From a virus: a stretch of 64,000 nucleotides of DNA. Positions 17,964-26,853 of this stretch are shown in pieces (positions within the stretch are counted from its first letter, which is position 1; the number at the start of each line of letters is the position of its first letter). Under the pieces are notes generated by a model. The model did no database searches and was not told where the DNA came from. It saw only the letters and a program-made list of their open reading frames with translations. Position numbers and translations under genes: made by a program. The stretch is taken from the IMG/VR virus record IMGVR_UViG_3300044825_003153, positions 6,928-70,927 of that record; one strand, given 5' to 3'.

Positions 17964-18440
17964 TTACTCGATCGCGGCCAGGACCGCGTCGATCTGCGCC
18001 AGCACCGCGGTGCGCTCGCCCGTCGTCAGCGTCTTGGTGAGGGCCTCGAGCTCGCCGTTGGCCTTCTTGCGGTGAAAGGCCGGGTAGCCTTCGCTGGTGC
18101 GCCAGAGCCAGGAATTGCCCAGCCAGGTCTGGAACGCGAGCGCGACCGTGCGGGCATCGTTCCAGTCCGAGACCGGGCTGTAGCCCACAGGCTTGCCGTA
18201 CTCCTGCTCGTACCGCAGGCCGAGGCCGGCCGTGTTGATCAGGCCGTCGACGATGTTCACCGCGGACGCCAGGGCCTGGTAGGCGTTGAAGGTCTCGGTG
18301 GCGTCCAGAAAGCCCGGCGACAGCGCGACGTTGACACGCCACTCGGCAAACCGGCGGCTCGCCAACCGCAGGGCGTCGTCGATCTGACGAAAGGCGTTGG
18401 ACGCGCTCGGCGTGACGCGGCCGGTGCGGAACTGCGCCAT
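17964..18440 (-). CDS. Hypothetical late protein
   Basis: 158-aa ORF, TGATG-coupled to the putative endolysin. Confidence 0.7.
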   Translation of the reverse strand: MAQFRTGRVTPSASNAFRQIDDALRLASRRFAEWRVNVALSPGFLDATETFNAYQALASAVNIVDGLINTAGLGLRYEQEYGKPVGYSPVSDWNDARTVALAFQTWLGNSWLWRTSEGYPAFHRKKANGELEALTKTLTTGERTAVLAQIDAVLAAIE

Positions 18441-19021
18441 CAGTAGGCTCCCCACAGCTGTTCGACGAGCTCGACGGCCACGGGCCACGCCTCACGGACC
18501 TCGGCGCGGGCACGGGCGCGGTTCGATTGGGCGGGGCGCCACGTCCCCAGGTAGTAGGCTGCGGCGGCCTCGGCGGCGGCCGGGTCAAATGACGGCAGCG
18601 CGCGCCGCGCGGACCAGTAGTCCGACCAGTAGAGGCCGCGGGCGGCGATCGTCGCCCCGACCTCGCTGCAGGTCAGCAGCATCCCGCTGTTGCGCTCGAG
18701 GAGCCACTCCAGGCCCCAGGTCGCCAGCATCGGGCGCAGCGGGGCGAAGTCCTCGCTCCCGCCGTCCAGCATCTTCCGGAAGGTGGGCAGCTCGATCTGG
18801 TACATGGAGTAGGCCGGGCCGGGGTTGCCCGGGTTGCCGTCGCGCTCCAGCTGGTCGCGGGCGCGGCAGCGGCTCTCCGTCCAGGCCGTGACCGCCAGCA
18901 GTGCCGCCGCGGGCTTGCTGGCGTAGGGCCGGCCCATCCAGTGCAGGGTCGGGATGATCGGCAGGCGCAGGACGCGCTCGATCGCGGCGTCCATGGCTTC
19001 GGCGGCGGGCTTGGTCGGCAT
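18440..19021 (-). CDS. Putative endolysin (lysozyme-like fold)
   Basis: ALLAVTAWTESR...GPAYSMYQIE resembles the LLxxTAxxES...GPAxGxxQxE phage muramidase pattern. Lies next to membrane-protein genes. Confidence 0.6.
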   Translation of the reverse strand: MPTKPAAEAMDAAIERVLRLPIIPTLHWMGRPYASKPAAALLAVTAWTESRCRARDQLERDGNPGNPGPAYSMYQIELPTFRKMLDGGSEDFAPLRPMLATWGLEWLLERNSGMLLTCSEVGATIAARGLYWSDYWSARRALPSFDPAAAEAAAAYYLGTWRPAQSNRARARAEVREAWPVAVELVEQLWGAY

Positions 19022-19064
19022 GGCCGGTGGGTGCCACCGGCCGGGCAGGCGGTCTGCCGAAAGC

Positions 19065-19448
19065 CTAGTTGCGTTGGCCGCCGTTGCGGCCGGCGGCGCG
19101 ATCCAGGATCTGCTCGATCCGCCGCCAGTGATCGTCGAGGGTCGCGTCGATCCGCTTGAACTTCTCGTCCTCGGAGAGGTGCATGGTCTCGATGCGGGTC
19201 AGCCGCTCGCTCAGCACCTGGTTGGCGGTGAGCGTCTCGGCGATCTTCATCCCCGTCATGCCGATCTGGTTGCGCAGCTGGTCAATGGCGTCACGCTCGT
19301 CGGCCTTGCTCGACGTGAGCACCTGCACCTGTGTGTAGGTCTGCAGCGTCATCGCGCCCAGGGCGGCGAGAAGCGCCACGATCAGGAGCTGCAAGGCGCC
19401 GGACCACTGTTGGAGGAAGCCGTCGACGCGGCGGATCGCTTCAGTCAT
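19065..19448 (-). CDS. Single-TM coiled-coil protein of the lysis cassette (holin/antiholin or i-spanin-like)
   Basis: TM LQLLIVALLAALGAMTL followed by heptads. Confidence 0.55.
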   Translation of the reverse strand: MTEAIRRVDGFLQQWSGALQLLIVALLAALGAMTLQTYTQVQVLTSSKADERDAIDQLRNQIGMTGMKIAETLTANQVLSERLTRIETMHLSEDEKFKRIDATLDDHWRRIEQILDRAAGRNGGQRN

Positions 19449-19566
19449 GGAGGCCACCCCGCCGGTCGATCAGGAACCTCGCCAGCCGGGCCGTCCCGCA
19501 GACAAGCCCAAGATAGGCCAGGATGCAGGCCACGCCGATGAGCGTCTCGATCACGGTCTCAGGCAT
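19441..19566 (-). CDS. 41-aa membrane protein (not in the ORF track)
   Basis: MPETVIETLIGVACILAYLGLVCGTARLARFLIDRRGGLHD, overlapping both neighbours by 8 nt. Confidence 0.55.
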   Translation of the reverse strand: MPETVIETLIGVACILAYLGLVCGTARLARFLIDRRGGLHD

Positions 19567-19762
19567 CCCGCCGGCGCCGCGTTGCCTTGCGGCCGGCCGG
19601 ACCGGGCGGGCCGGCGTTCCATGCCTGCTCGGCGCTGTTCCAGCGGCGCTCGGCGATCTCGCGGAGCCTTGTGATCTCGGCCTCCTCCAGCTCGCCCTTG
19701 ATCGCGCGATCGAGGATCTGCGCCACGATGCTGACCACGGCCATCCCCAGCTCCACGCTCAT
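19559..19762 (-). CDS. Small lysis-cassette protein
   Basis: MSVELGMAVVSIVAQILDRAIKGE..., ATGA overlap with the upstream gene. Confidence 0.6.
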   Translation of the reverse strand: MSVELGMAVVSIVAQILDRAIKGELEEAEITRLREIAERRWNSAEQAWNAGPPGPAGRKATRRRRDA

Positions 19763-20265
19763 CGGGCCAGCTCCAGGGCGAGCTCGTCGCTCGCCGCGCG
19801 GATGACCTCGGCGTCGCCGGGCAACGCCAGGTCGTGGTCGCTGCAGGGCTCCCCGGCTGCCGCCACCAGCTGGTCGGCCAGTTGTCCGGCAGCATCGGAC
19901 AACTGCCCCGCGTCGCGCGCCGCCGTCGCGCGCTGCAAGGTGGTGGCGGCCTCCAGGCACGCCTGGGTGAGGCCGGGATCGCGCTCGGCCGCCACCGGCG
20001 CGCAGGCCGACAGCACCGCACCCATGGCGACCAGGAACAGGATGGCGGGGTAAGGCGGCCGGCTCCGCGGCGGCTGCGGCGTCGCCGGCGGCTTGGTCGG
20101 CTCGCCGTTCAGGGCTAGACGCTCGACGAAGCGCCGAACCGCGGCCAGCAGCTCATCGTCCGTTTTCGAGGGCGTGAGCTTGACGATGATGCTCGCCACC
20201 GTCACCAGCCCGGTGACGATCAGGACCAGGTCGTCCCAATTCTCCATGATCCAGCGCACGGCCAC
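19759..20265 (-). CDS. Holin-like N-terminus fused to an internal lipobox (lipoprotein) domain
   Basis: WDDLVLIVTGLVTVASIIVKLTPSKTDD, then a Pro-rich linker, then AILFLVAMGAVLSA-C. Confidence 0.6.
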   Translation of the reverse strand: MAVRWIMENWDDLVLIVTGLVTVASIIVKLTPSKTDDELLAAVRRFVERLALNGEPTKPPATPQPPRSRPPYPAILFLVAMGAVLSACAPVAAERDPGLTQACLEAATTLQRATAARDAGQLSDAAGQLADQLVAAAGEPCSDHDLALPGDAEVIRAASDELALELAR

Positions 20266-20334
20266 CTCCGGTATCCCAACCTGGGGTACCGATCACCTAG
20301 CGCGCTATCGACGACTTGGAAGCCGAAAGCCGCC

Positions 20335-21363
20335 CTAGCGCCACATCCGCATGAAGAAGCGCCAGTTGGCATTGGTCAGGGTGACCCCGGCGCCCGACGT
20401 CCGATGCTGCGCCCGAACGCCGGCAACGGTGGCGCTCATGTAGGCGTACCAGTTGATGCCGTCGGCACCGAACAGGACCCGCCGGTTGGCCTCCTCGAGG
20501 ATGGTGCACTCGACCGGCACTTCCATGCCGACACCGTAACCGTGCTCCGCGGTCTTGCAGCGGTAGTAGCCCCGCACCAGGGTCGGCTGCCCGCCCATGC
20601 CATGGGCAGCGACCGCCGAGGTCCCGTTGCCAATGCCCATTTCGCCGGTGGTGCCGAACTGCGTGAACGAGGTGGCAAGCAAGGTGAGGATGTTCATGCG
20701 GAACAGCGCGCCGCCGCGCTGGATCAGGAAGTCGTCATTGACGGTCCGGTCCGTGACCGGGCTCTTGTTCCCGATCACCCGATTCGGGGTGTTGAGCGCC
20801 ACGGCGACAGCCGCCGGGGTCATGACCGCGTTCTCGGCCGTGCCGGCCGCGGCCTGCTCGCCGGACGCGTGGGTATAGGTCGCGGGCTGCCCCGCCACCG
20901 GTGCGGTGCCGTCGATCCCGATGTCGGTGCGGGCCTGCGCGCGGTCCTGCCCGTACTCGCGGGCGAGCTCGGCCCAGTTGGGCGGCTGGTACTCCAGCCA
21001 GAGCCGGGCGAACACGCTCGTCATGGCGAACTGCGCGGTCTTGAGCACGATGTTGCCCGCGAGGTTGCGGACCACGATGTCCCGGGTATCGTTGGCCGGC
21101 GAGATCACGATCAGGGCGCCTGCCGGGAACGCGCCGGGGTTCACGGTATCGAGGAAATCGCTCGCGGCGCTTCCGCCCTCGACGTCCACGGCAAGCCGGC
21201 AGCGGGTCGGCGAGATGGCGCCGCCGACGATCTGCAGGGCCTGCACGCTGGCCCCGCCGGGCATCAGCCGGACCGTCTCGAGCCACTGGTGGAACCGCGC
21301 GCCCATGTCGGAGTTGGGCGCCGCCCGGACGTCGAACGAACCGGCGGCGGGAAGGGCTACCAT
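20335..21363 (-). CDS. Tail fibre-associated protein
   Basis: Position after the tail genes. Beta-rich C-terminal domain ending WRFFMRMWR. Confidence 0.6.
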   Translation of the reverse strand: MVALPAAGSFDVRAAPNSDMGARFHQWLETVRLMPGGASVQALQIVGGAISPTRCRLAVDVEGGSAASDFLDTVNPGAFPAGALIVISPANDTRDIVVRNLAGNIVLKTAQFAMTSVFARLWLEYQPPNWAELAREYGQDRAQARTDIGIDGTAPVAGQPATYTHASGEQAAAGTAENAVMTPAAVAVALNTPNRVIGNKSPVTDRTVNDDFLIQRGGALFRMNILTLLATSFTQFGTTGEMGIGNGTSAVAAHGMGGQPTLVRGYYRCKTAEHGYGVGMEVPVECTILEEANRRVLFGADGINWYAYMSATVAGVRAQHRTSGAGVTLTNANWRFFMRMWR

Positions 21364-21375
21364 CCGGGGCTCCTG

Positions 21376-24300
21376 TTAGGCCGCGAGGTCATAGGCCGTG
21401 TTCTTGGACATCTCGGGCCGGAGCGGGTCGCGCGGCCCGCCGCCGCCGACATAGGGCAGCCCGTCGGTCCACACCTGCCGGATGGTCGGGGTCGTGCCGT
21501 AGGTCTGTGGGTTGTAGACCGGCCAGAGCTTGGACTGGCACAGCGCGAGCGCTGCGTTGATGTTGTCCCGGACCCCCGTGAGCGGCTTGCATCCCGGGCG
21601 CGCGCCGGTCGTGACGGTCGGGTCGGGCTCGTACCCGACATTGGCATCGACGCGAAGCTGAATCGAGTTCTGCGACCCGTTCCCGTCAACGACGTAGATG
21701 CCGTAAAAGTAGATCGCGTCGACAATGCGACGGCCGCGATTATTGCTGGCCGGAAGTGCCGCCATGATCGAATTGTAGTCGGCGGTCTTGAGGGTCAGCA
21801 GCGCGCCGTAGGGGATGTCGCCATTGTTGTCGTCGGGGTCCGAGTCCGCGCTATCGTCCTGCCCATAGGATGGCCAGACATTCCGGCGGCCCAGGACCTG
21901 CGTCGCCGGAGGGGCGCCAGTGCCGTCTGAGCGCTTGTACTGCCGGGCGACGGACGCCTGCAGGCAGTGGCCGATCGGGGTCAGGATGCTGTTGTCGTTG
22001 ATCTCAAAGCCCCTGAGGAACCCCATGGGCCACCGCATGCGGCTGGCGCTGGTGCCGGTATCCCCGGGGCTGCCCGGCTCGGGGGCGTCCATGCCGCCAA
22101 GCGGCCACTCCTTCATCGGGTAGATGCCGCGGCTCTCGGCAAAGTTGAAGCCGCGGATCGTCTGCAGCATGTCCGCGGTGCCGGCGCCCTTGCGGTAGAA
22201 GAGAACCTGGAAGTCCTGCTTGGACCCCGCCGGGACCTCCGGATAGAAGGCAAAGCGGCCCGGATCGGGCACCCCGACGTTCACGGTCTCCTGCAGGACC
22301 TCCTTGCCCGCAACGGTCCGATAGAACTTGATCGCCGTGGTGGTGATCCGGCCGGCCACGCACTCCCAGTAATACTTGGTCCCGACCTTGCTGTCCTCGA
22401 GGTCCAGCTTGATTGGCAGCGTGCCGAGCCGGCCACGGCCGCCCGGGTCGCCGCCGGTGTAGTGCGCCGGGTTGGTCGAGCCGATGTTCGCTGCCGTGAC
22501 GCTGTCCGGGATCCCGAACTGCACCCCGGCACCGATCGGCCGGTGGTGCGCGCTCCAGCGGTTGAACGGGTTCCGGAACAGGCTCGTATCGACGTCGCCC
22601 GGCGCCGACGGGATGGTGACGATGATCTGCCCGTCGGCCAGATAGGCGATGCCGCTGAGGGCCAATTCGGGGATGACCACCCGGATGCCGCTCGGCGAGG
22701 TCCCGCGCGCCACCCTGACCCGCGCGGCCGCCCCGCTGCCCACGATCGATGTCGCGAGCCCCTCGGCGGCCGAGACGATGCGCTTGATCCCCACGCCGGT
22801 CGACGGCGTCGCCGATGCGAGCACGTTCACGTCGACGCTGTCGCCCGAGAGGGTCACCGCCGTGTCGGCCACCGTGAGGCTCGGGATGGGCGAGAGCGGC
22901 GCACCCTTCCACAGGCCCTTGATGTCCGTGACGGCCCGGCCCCAGGCGGCGGAGCCGGCAGTGTCCGTGCCCCCATAGGCCGTGGCGCTGAGCAGTTCGC
23001 CCCCTGACATGGCCTCGGCTACGAGGTTCTTGGCCCGGGCCTGCGCGCGGAGCAGTTTCGACCACTGCTCGACCGCGATGTCGGCCGCCGGGCAGGGCGA
23101 GCCATGCACGCCGGTGACCGCCACCGGCGCCCAATCGAGAGCCACGAGCGGGACCGCCAGGGTCTCCGCGGCGGGGATGACGTCGTCGAGCATCCCGTAG
23201 CTCGCCGTGTCCCACTTGCGGAGGAACTGATCGTAGGTCGCCTGGCTCGTGACCAGGCTGTTGGGCCGGAACCGCATCCCGATCATGTCGACGCCGCCGG
23301 CGGCGTTCTTCGGGACCCACGAGGTGATCGCGGCCGGGCGGGACTGCCGGTCCATCTGCTGCGCGATCCGGAGCCGGCCGCCCCAGCCTTCCCGGAGCTT
23401 GGCGATCACGCGCTGCAGCGCCGTCTGATAGCGCGTGGCCGTCGCGGTGTAGACGCGGCAGATCGGCGACGAGGTCGAGTTTGCGACCGGGAGCACCAGG
23501 ACGAACAGATCGTCGTCCCACCAGCCAAGCGACCGGTAGGCCTTCTTGAGCCGGGCGCCCATGCGCACATAGCCGGCGTCCAGGGTGCCGCCGTCGATCA
23601 GGTCCCAGATCCGGACGTCGGTCGCCCCACCGGTGTTCGCGAACGCCGCGGGGAACAGCTCGCAGTGCGCGAACAGGAAGGCGCTTTCGGGCGTGATCCC
23701 GCGCGCGGCCTCGCCGAGCTCGCCGGCGAAGAAGTCCGGCTGGGAATTCGGCTGGATCGTGACCGCGCTCGGGGCTTCGGTATCGAGCCCGCCCCAGATG
23801 CCCTCCCAGGTCAGGTCGGAGACACCCGGGCGGGAGATCGGCGCCGAGTAGGCGGCCCACTGGCCGATGTCCCGGACCCAATCGGCGCTCCTGGCCCCCA
23901 TGCCCCCGATGCCGGCCGCCCAGGAGCGGTTGCCCCGCAGCGCCCGGCCGAGCCACCACTTCTCCGCGACCCGGATCGTGATCGTGCCGACGTCCTCGAT
24001 CGCGGGGTTCGCGATCAGGCGCGCCTTGTAGGTCATCGTGTAGACGCCGGCCGCCGTGGTCGACCGGGTGTAGTTGATCTTGCCGGCCACAATCGCGGCG
24101 GTGTCCGAGGCGCCGGTCGGCGGGGTCAGGCCGGCCGGGGACAGCTCCAAAGCCGTGGTGCCGGTGCAGCGCGCCAGGGCGTCGATCACGAACGGCTGCG
24201 GCGCGTCGATCGGCACCACGACCGTGAAGTCCGGCGCCGTGACGCTCGCGGAGACCACGCGGACGGTGAGCGGGACCGCGTCGCCGAGAATCGAGCCGTC

Positions 24301-24888
24301 GACGAGCCGCGGCCGGTAAGACCCGCCGCTATAGGTCGCGAGCCCCGCGGTGCCGCGCGTGACCCGGAGCTTGCCGCCGACTATCGAGAGCGTCGGGCCG
24401 CCGGTCGGCTGCACGATGCTGCCCGCCGCGATCTCGAGCGGGCCGCTCGCCTCATCGTTCGCCAAGATGTCGAAGTCCTTGGTGGTCTCGGCGAGCTCGA
24501 TGTCCAGGGTATCGGCCACCCCGCGCACGAACGCGACCGTCGTCGTACCCTCGACGATGACCGTGATGGTGCCCTCGCCCAGGGCGCCAGTCTCGGACCG
24601 GGCCCGGTAGTTGAACGAGAACGTGTCGGCGAAGCCCGGCGCCCGCGAGTAGGTCACGGCATTCCCGACCCGGCCGATCGTGCCCCGCGCGGCCGGGAGT
24701 GGGTCGAGGTCGATCAGGCTGACCTCGGCGCCATCGTTCGTGATGTCGTTCACGACCGGGTTGAACGTGACCGAGCTCGGGTCCGTGCTCCGGATCCGGA
24801 TCGTCTCGCCGACGCAGATCAGCTCCGGGGTCGGGGGCGTCCCGGGCGTCCCGGCCGCACCCACGATGGCAGCGATCGGGGTGAACAT
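21376..24888 (-). CDS. Multidomain tail spike/adhesin: Ig-like (Big_9-type) repeats plus a degenerate GH26-like barrel
   Basis: FNPVVNDITNDG and FDILANDE Ig repeats; VDMIGMRF and VPLVALDW segments. Confidence 0.55.
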   Translation of the reverse strand: MFTPIAAIVGAAGTPGTPPTPELICVGETIRIRSTDPSSVTFNPVVNDITNDGAEVSLIDLDPLPAARGTIGRVGNAVTYSRAPGFADTFSFNYRARSETGALGEGTITVIVEGTTTVAFVRGVADTLDIELAETTKDFDILANDEASGPLEIAAGSIVQPTGGPTLSIVGGKLRVTRGTAGLATYSGGSYRPRLVDGSILGDAVPLTVRVVSASVTAPDFTVVVPIDAPQPFVIDALARCTGTTALELSPAGLTPPTGASDTAAIVAGKINYTRSTTAAGVYTMTYKARLIANPAIEDVGTITIRVAEKWWLGRALRGNRSWAAGIGGMGARSADWVRDIGQWAAYSAPISRPGVSDLTWEGIWGGLDTEAPSAVTIQPNSQPDFFAGELGEAARGITPESAFLFAHCELFPAAFANTGGATDVRIWDLIDGGTLDAGYVRMGARLKKAYRSLGWWDDDLFVLVLPVANSTSSPICRVYTATATRYQTALQRVIAKLREGWGGRLRIAQQMDRQSRPAAITSWVPKNAAGGVDMIGMRFRPNSLVTSQATYDQFLRKWDTASYGMLDDVIPAAETLAVPLVALDWAPVAVTGVHGSPCPAADIAVEQWSKLLRAQARAKNLVAEAMSGGELLSATAYGGTDTAGSAAWGRAVTDIKGLWKGAPLSPIPSLTVADTAVTLSGDSVDVNVLASATPSTGVGIKRIVSAAEGLATSIVGSGAAARVRVARGTSPSGIRVVIPELALSGIAYLADGQIIVTIPSAPGDVDTSLFRNPFNRWSAHHRPIGAGVQFGIPDSVTAANIGSTNPAHYTGGDPGGRGRLGTLPIKLDLEDSKVGTKYYWECVAGRITTTAIKFYRTVAGKEVLQETVNVGVPDPGRFAFYPEVPAGSKQDFQVLFYRKGAGTADMLQTIRGFNFAESRGIYPMKEWPLGGMDAPEPGSPGDTGTSASRMRWPMGFLRGFEINDNSILTPIGHCLQASVARQYKRSDGTGAPPATQVLGRRNVWPSYGQDDSADSDPDDNNGDIPYGALLTLKTADYNSIMAALPASNNRGRRIVDAIYFYGIYVVDGNGSQNSIQLRVDANVGYEPDPTVTTGARPGCKPLTGVRDNINAALALCQSKLWPVYNPQTYGTTPTIRQVWTDGLPYVGGGGPRDPLRPEMSKNTAYDLAA

Positions 24889-24891
24889 CGA

Positions 24892-26850
24892 TCAGGCCGC
24901 CGGCTTCAGGGAAAGCAGGACCACCGAGCCCTCTTCGCAGGTGATCGTGTTGGTGGCCTGGGCGGATCGGTACTGGACCGCGAAGCTGTCGGTTTCGAGG
25001 AGCTTCTGGACGATCGCGCCGAAGCCGGCCGCGACCGGCGTGTGCTGGGTCGCGGTTCGGGGCACCTCGCGGTACTCCTGGCCGATGCGGCTGCCGTTGC
25101 GGGTCAGCTGCGCGAGGCAGGCCGGCGACACGCCCTCGCCGTCGAGCGCAGTGTCCAGGTCGCCGAGCACGAGGTAGTTCCAGCCCGAGAGCAGCGCCTT
25201 GGAGCCAGTGACGAAATCCGCATACGCCGTCGAAGTGCTGGTGACCTCGCCGGTGCTGTTCGCGGTCATGGTGTCCTGGAACAGGCTCTTCTTGAGCGCC
25301 ACGATCCCCATGGACGTGATCGAGCAGTTGAAGGCGCCGTTGGACTTCGCCTTGATCTTGATCGAGCGCGACCCGGACGCGACCGACTTCGGGACGATCG
25401 CGCTGTAGTAGCCTGTCAGGGCCGTGTGCTTGCCCATGACGCGCTCCTGGTGGAGCACGCCGTCGATCTCCAGCGCCAGGGTCGCACCCGGGATGTCGGC
25501 CGCCGCCACCTGGGCCCAGGCGAGGAAGATGTATTCCTCGGCCGCGAAGGTCTGGGTCATGGTCAGAAGGTCGGTGTAGGACGTCGAGGTGACGTTGTTC
25601 ACCGAGCCATCGGCGACGCTCAGGAACTCGCCGGTCTCCAGCTTCAGGCCGATCAGCTCGGGCGCAAAGACGGAAGCCGAATAGAGGCTGTTCCCGACGT
25701 GGAAGTCCAGATTCAGCGACTGCGAACCGGGGCTCGAGCCGTAGCTGGCGCCGTGCATCATCAGCATGGCGAGCTGATTGGCCGAGTAGCGCGCGCACCC
25801 GACCAGCGGACCCTTGCTGTCCGCGGCACGCTGGAAACGGATCTCCGCCCCGGTGTTGTTCTGGCTGTTCGAGCTCTTGAAGCCGCAGTGGGCAAAGTAG
25901 ATCCAGGTCGAGCCGTCCGGCGGAGTGTGCACCAGCGACAGCGCGTTCTTGTACGTCGTGACCCCGGCATCGGTGTTGATCGTCGCGGCACTCTTGGCCG
26001 TCACGAAGGTCCGTTCGATCGAGCCGCCGCCGCCGCCGGAGGCCTGGGTCTGGCCGGCCAGGGTCCACTGGAACGTCGGGCTCACCTTCGTGAGCTCGGC
26101 GATCATGTAGGCGCCGACGCCGCGGCCGCGGTCGTGGTTGTCGATGTTCCGCGGGACCGAGCCGACGCTGGTCCGGAAGCTGCAGGACGCGGCCTCCTGG
26201 CGGAACTCGATCGTGTCGCCTTCCTGCCACTGATCGCCCGAGGCCGGCTGGGCCATCGGGAGCGTGTAGACGCAGGAGACCTGATTGACCTGCTTGGTGC
26301 CCCGATGGGCGATCCCCAGGGTCCGGGCGCTGTCGCTATGGCGATCGACCTTCCGGCGGCCGCCCGAGACATTGAACCCCCGCATGTTCAGGTCGGCGTG
26401 GAGCTCCGTGAGACGGCCTGCCGCCAGGGGTTGGAGCTCGAAGAACCGATCCTCGACCCGCTGAAGAATCAGCCACTCGTAGGGGTTCTCCAGGACCACG
26501 TCGGCGCCGCCCCGCAGGACGATCTCGCCGTCGTTCGTGACGCTGGCCGCGTTCTTGACCGTCACGGTCTGCCCGGTCTCGGGACACGACAGCCAGACGA
26601 TCCGCCCCTGGGCGACCGACGTGAGGTCGAGCCGGACCAGATCGTCGGTCGAGGCGCCGCCCTGCGGCAGGAGCCGGGACATCATCTTCGTGAGCGACGC
26701 AACGCCCTCGGCGATCACCACGCCCTCGGGCTGGGCATGCTCCGCGAGCGCCATGTTGTAGAGCGCGTCCCAGATCGAATACGCCACGCCCAGCGCGGGG
26801 CTGCGCGGCGCCTCGGTCCAGGTCACGCCCTCGGGCAGGACTTCCCGCAT
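24892..26850 (-). CDS. Tail fibre protein
   Basis: 652 aa, S/T/G-rich beta segments, immediately after the tail-tip gene. Confidence 0.6.
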   Translation of the reverse strand: MREVLPEGVTWTEAPRSPALGVAYSIWDALYNMALAEHAQPEGVVIAEGVASLTKMMSRLLPQGGASTDDLVRLDLTSVAQGRIVWLSCPETGQTVTVKNAASVTNDGEIVLRGGADVVLENPYEWLILQRVEDRFFELQPLAAGRLTELHADLNMRGFNVSGGRRKVDRHSDSARTLGIAHRGTKQVNQVSCVYTLPMAQPASGDQWQEGDTIEFRQEAASCSFRTSVGSVPRNIDNHDRGRGVGAYMIAELTKVSPTFQWTLAGQTQASGGGGGSIERTFVTAKSAATINTDAGVTTYKNALSLVHTPPDGSTWIYFAHCGFKSSNSQNNTGAEIRFQRAADSKGPLVGCARYSANQLAMLMMHGASYGSSPGSQSLNLDFHVGNSLYSASVFAPELIGLKLETGEFLSVADGSVNNVTSTSYTDLLTMTQTFAAEEYIFLAWAQVAAADIPGATLALEIDGVLHQERVMGKHTALTGYYSAIVPKSVASGSRSIKIKAKSNGAFNCSITSMGIVALKKSLFQDTMTANSTGEVTSTSTAYADFVTGSKALLSGWNYLVLGDLDTALDGEGVSPACLAQLTRNGSRIGQEYREVPRTATQHTPVAAGFGAIVQKLLETDSFAVQYRSAQATNTITCEEGSVVLLSLKPAA

Positions 26851-26853
26851 CTG

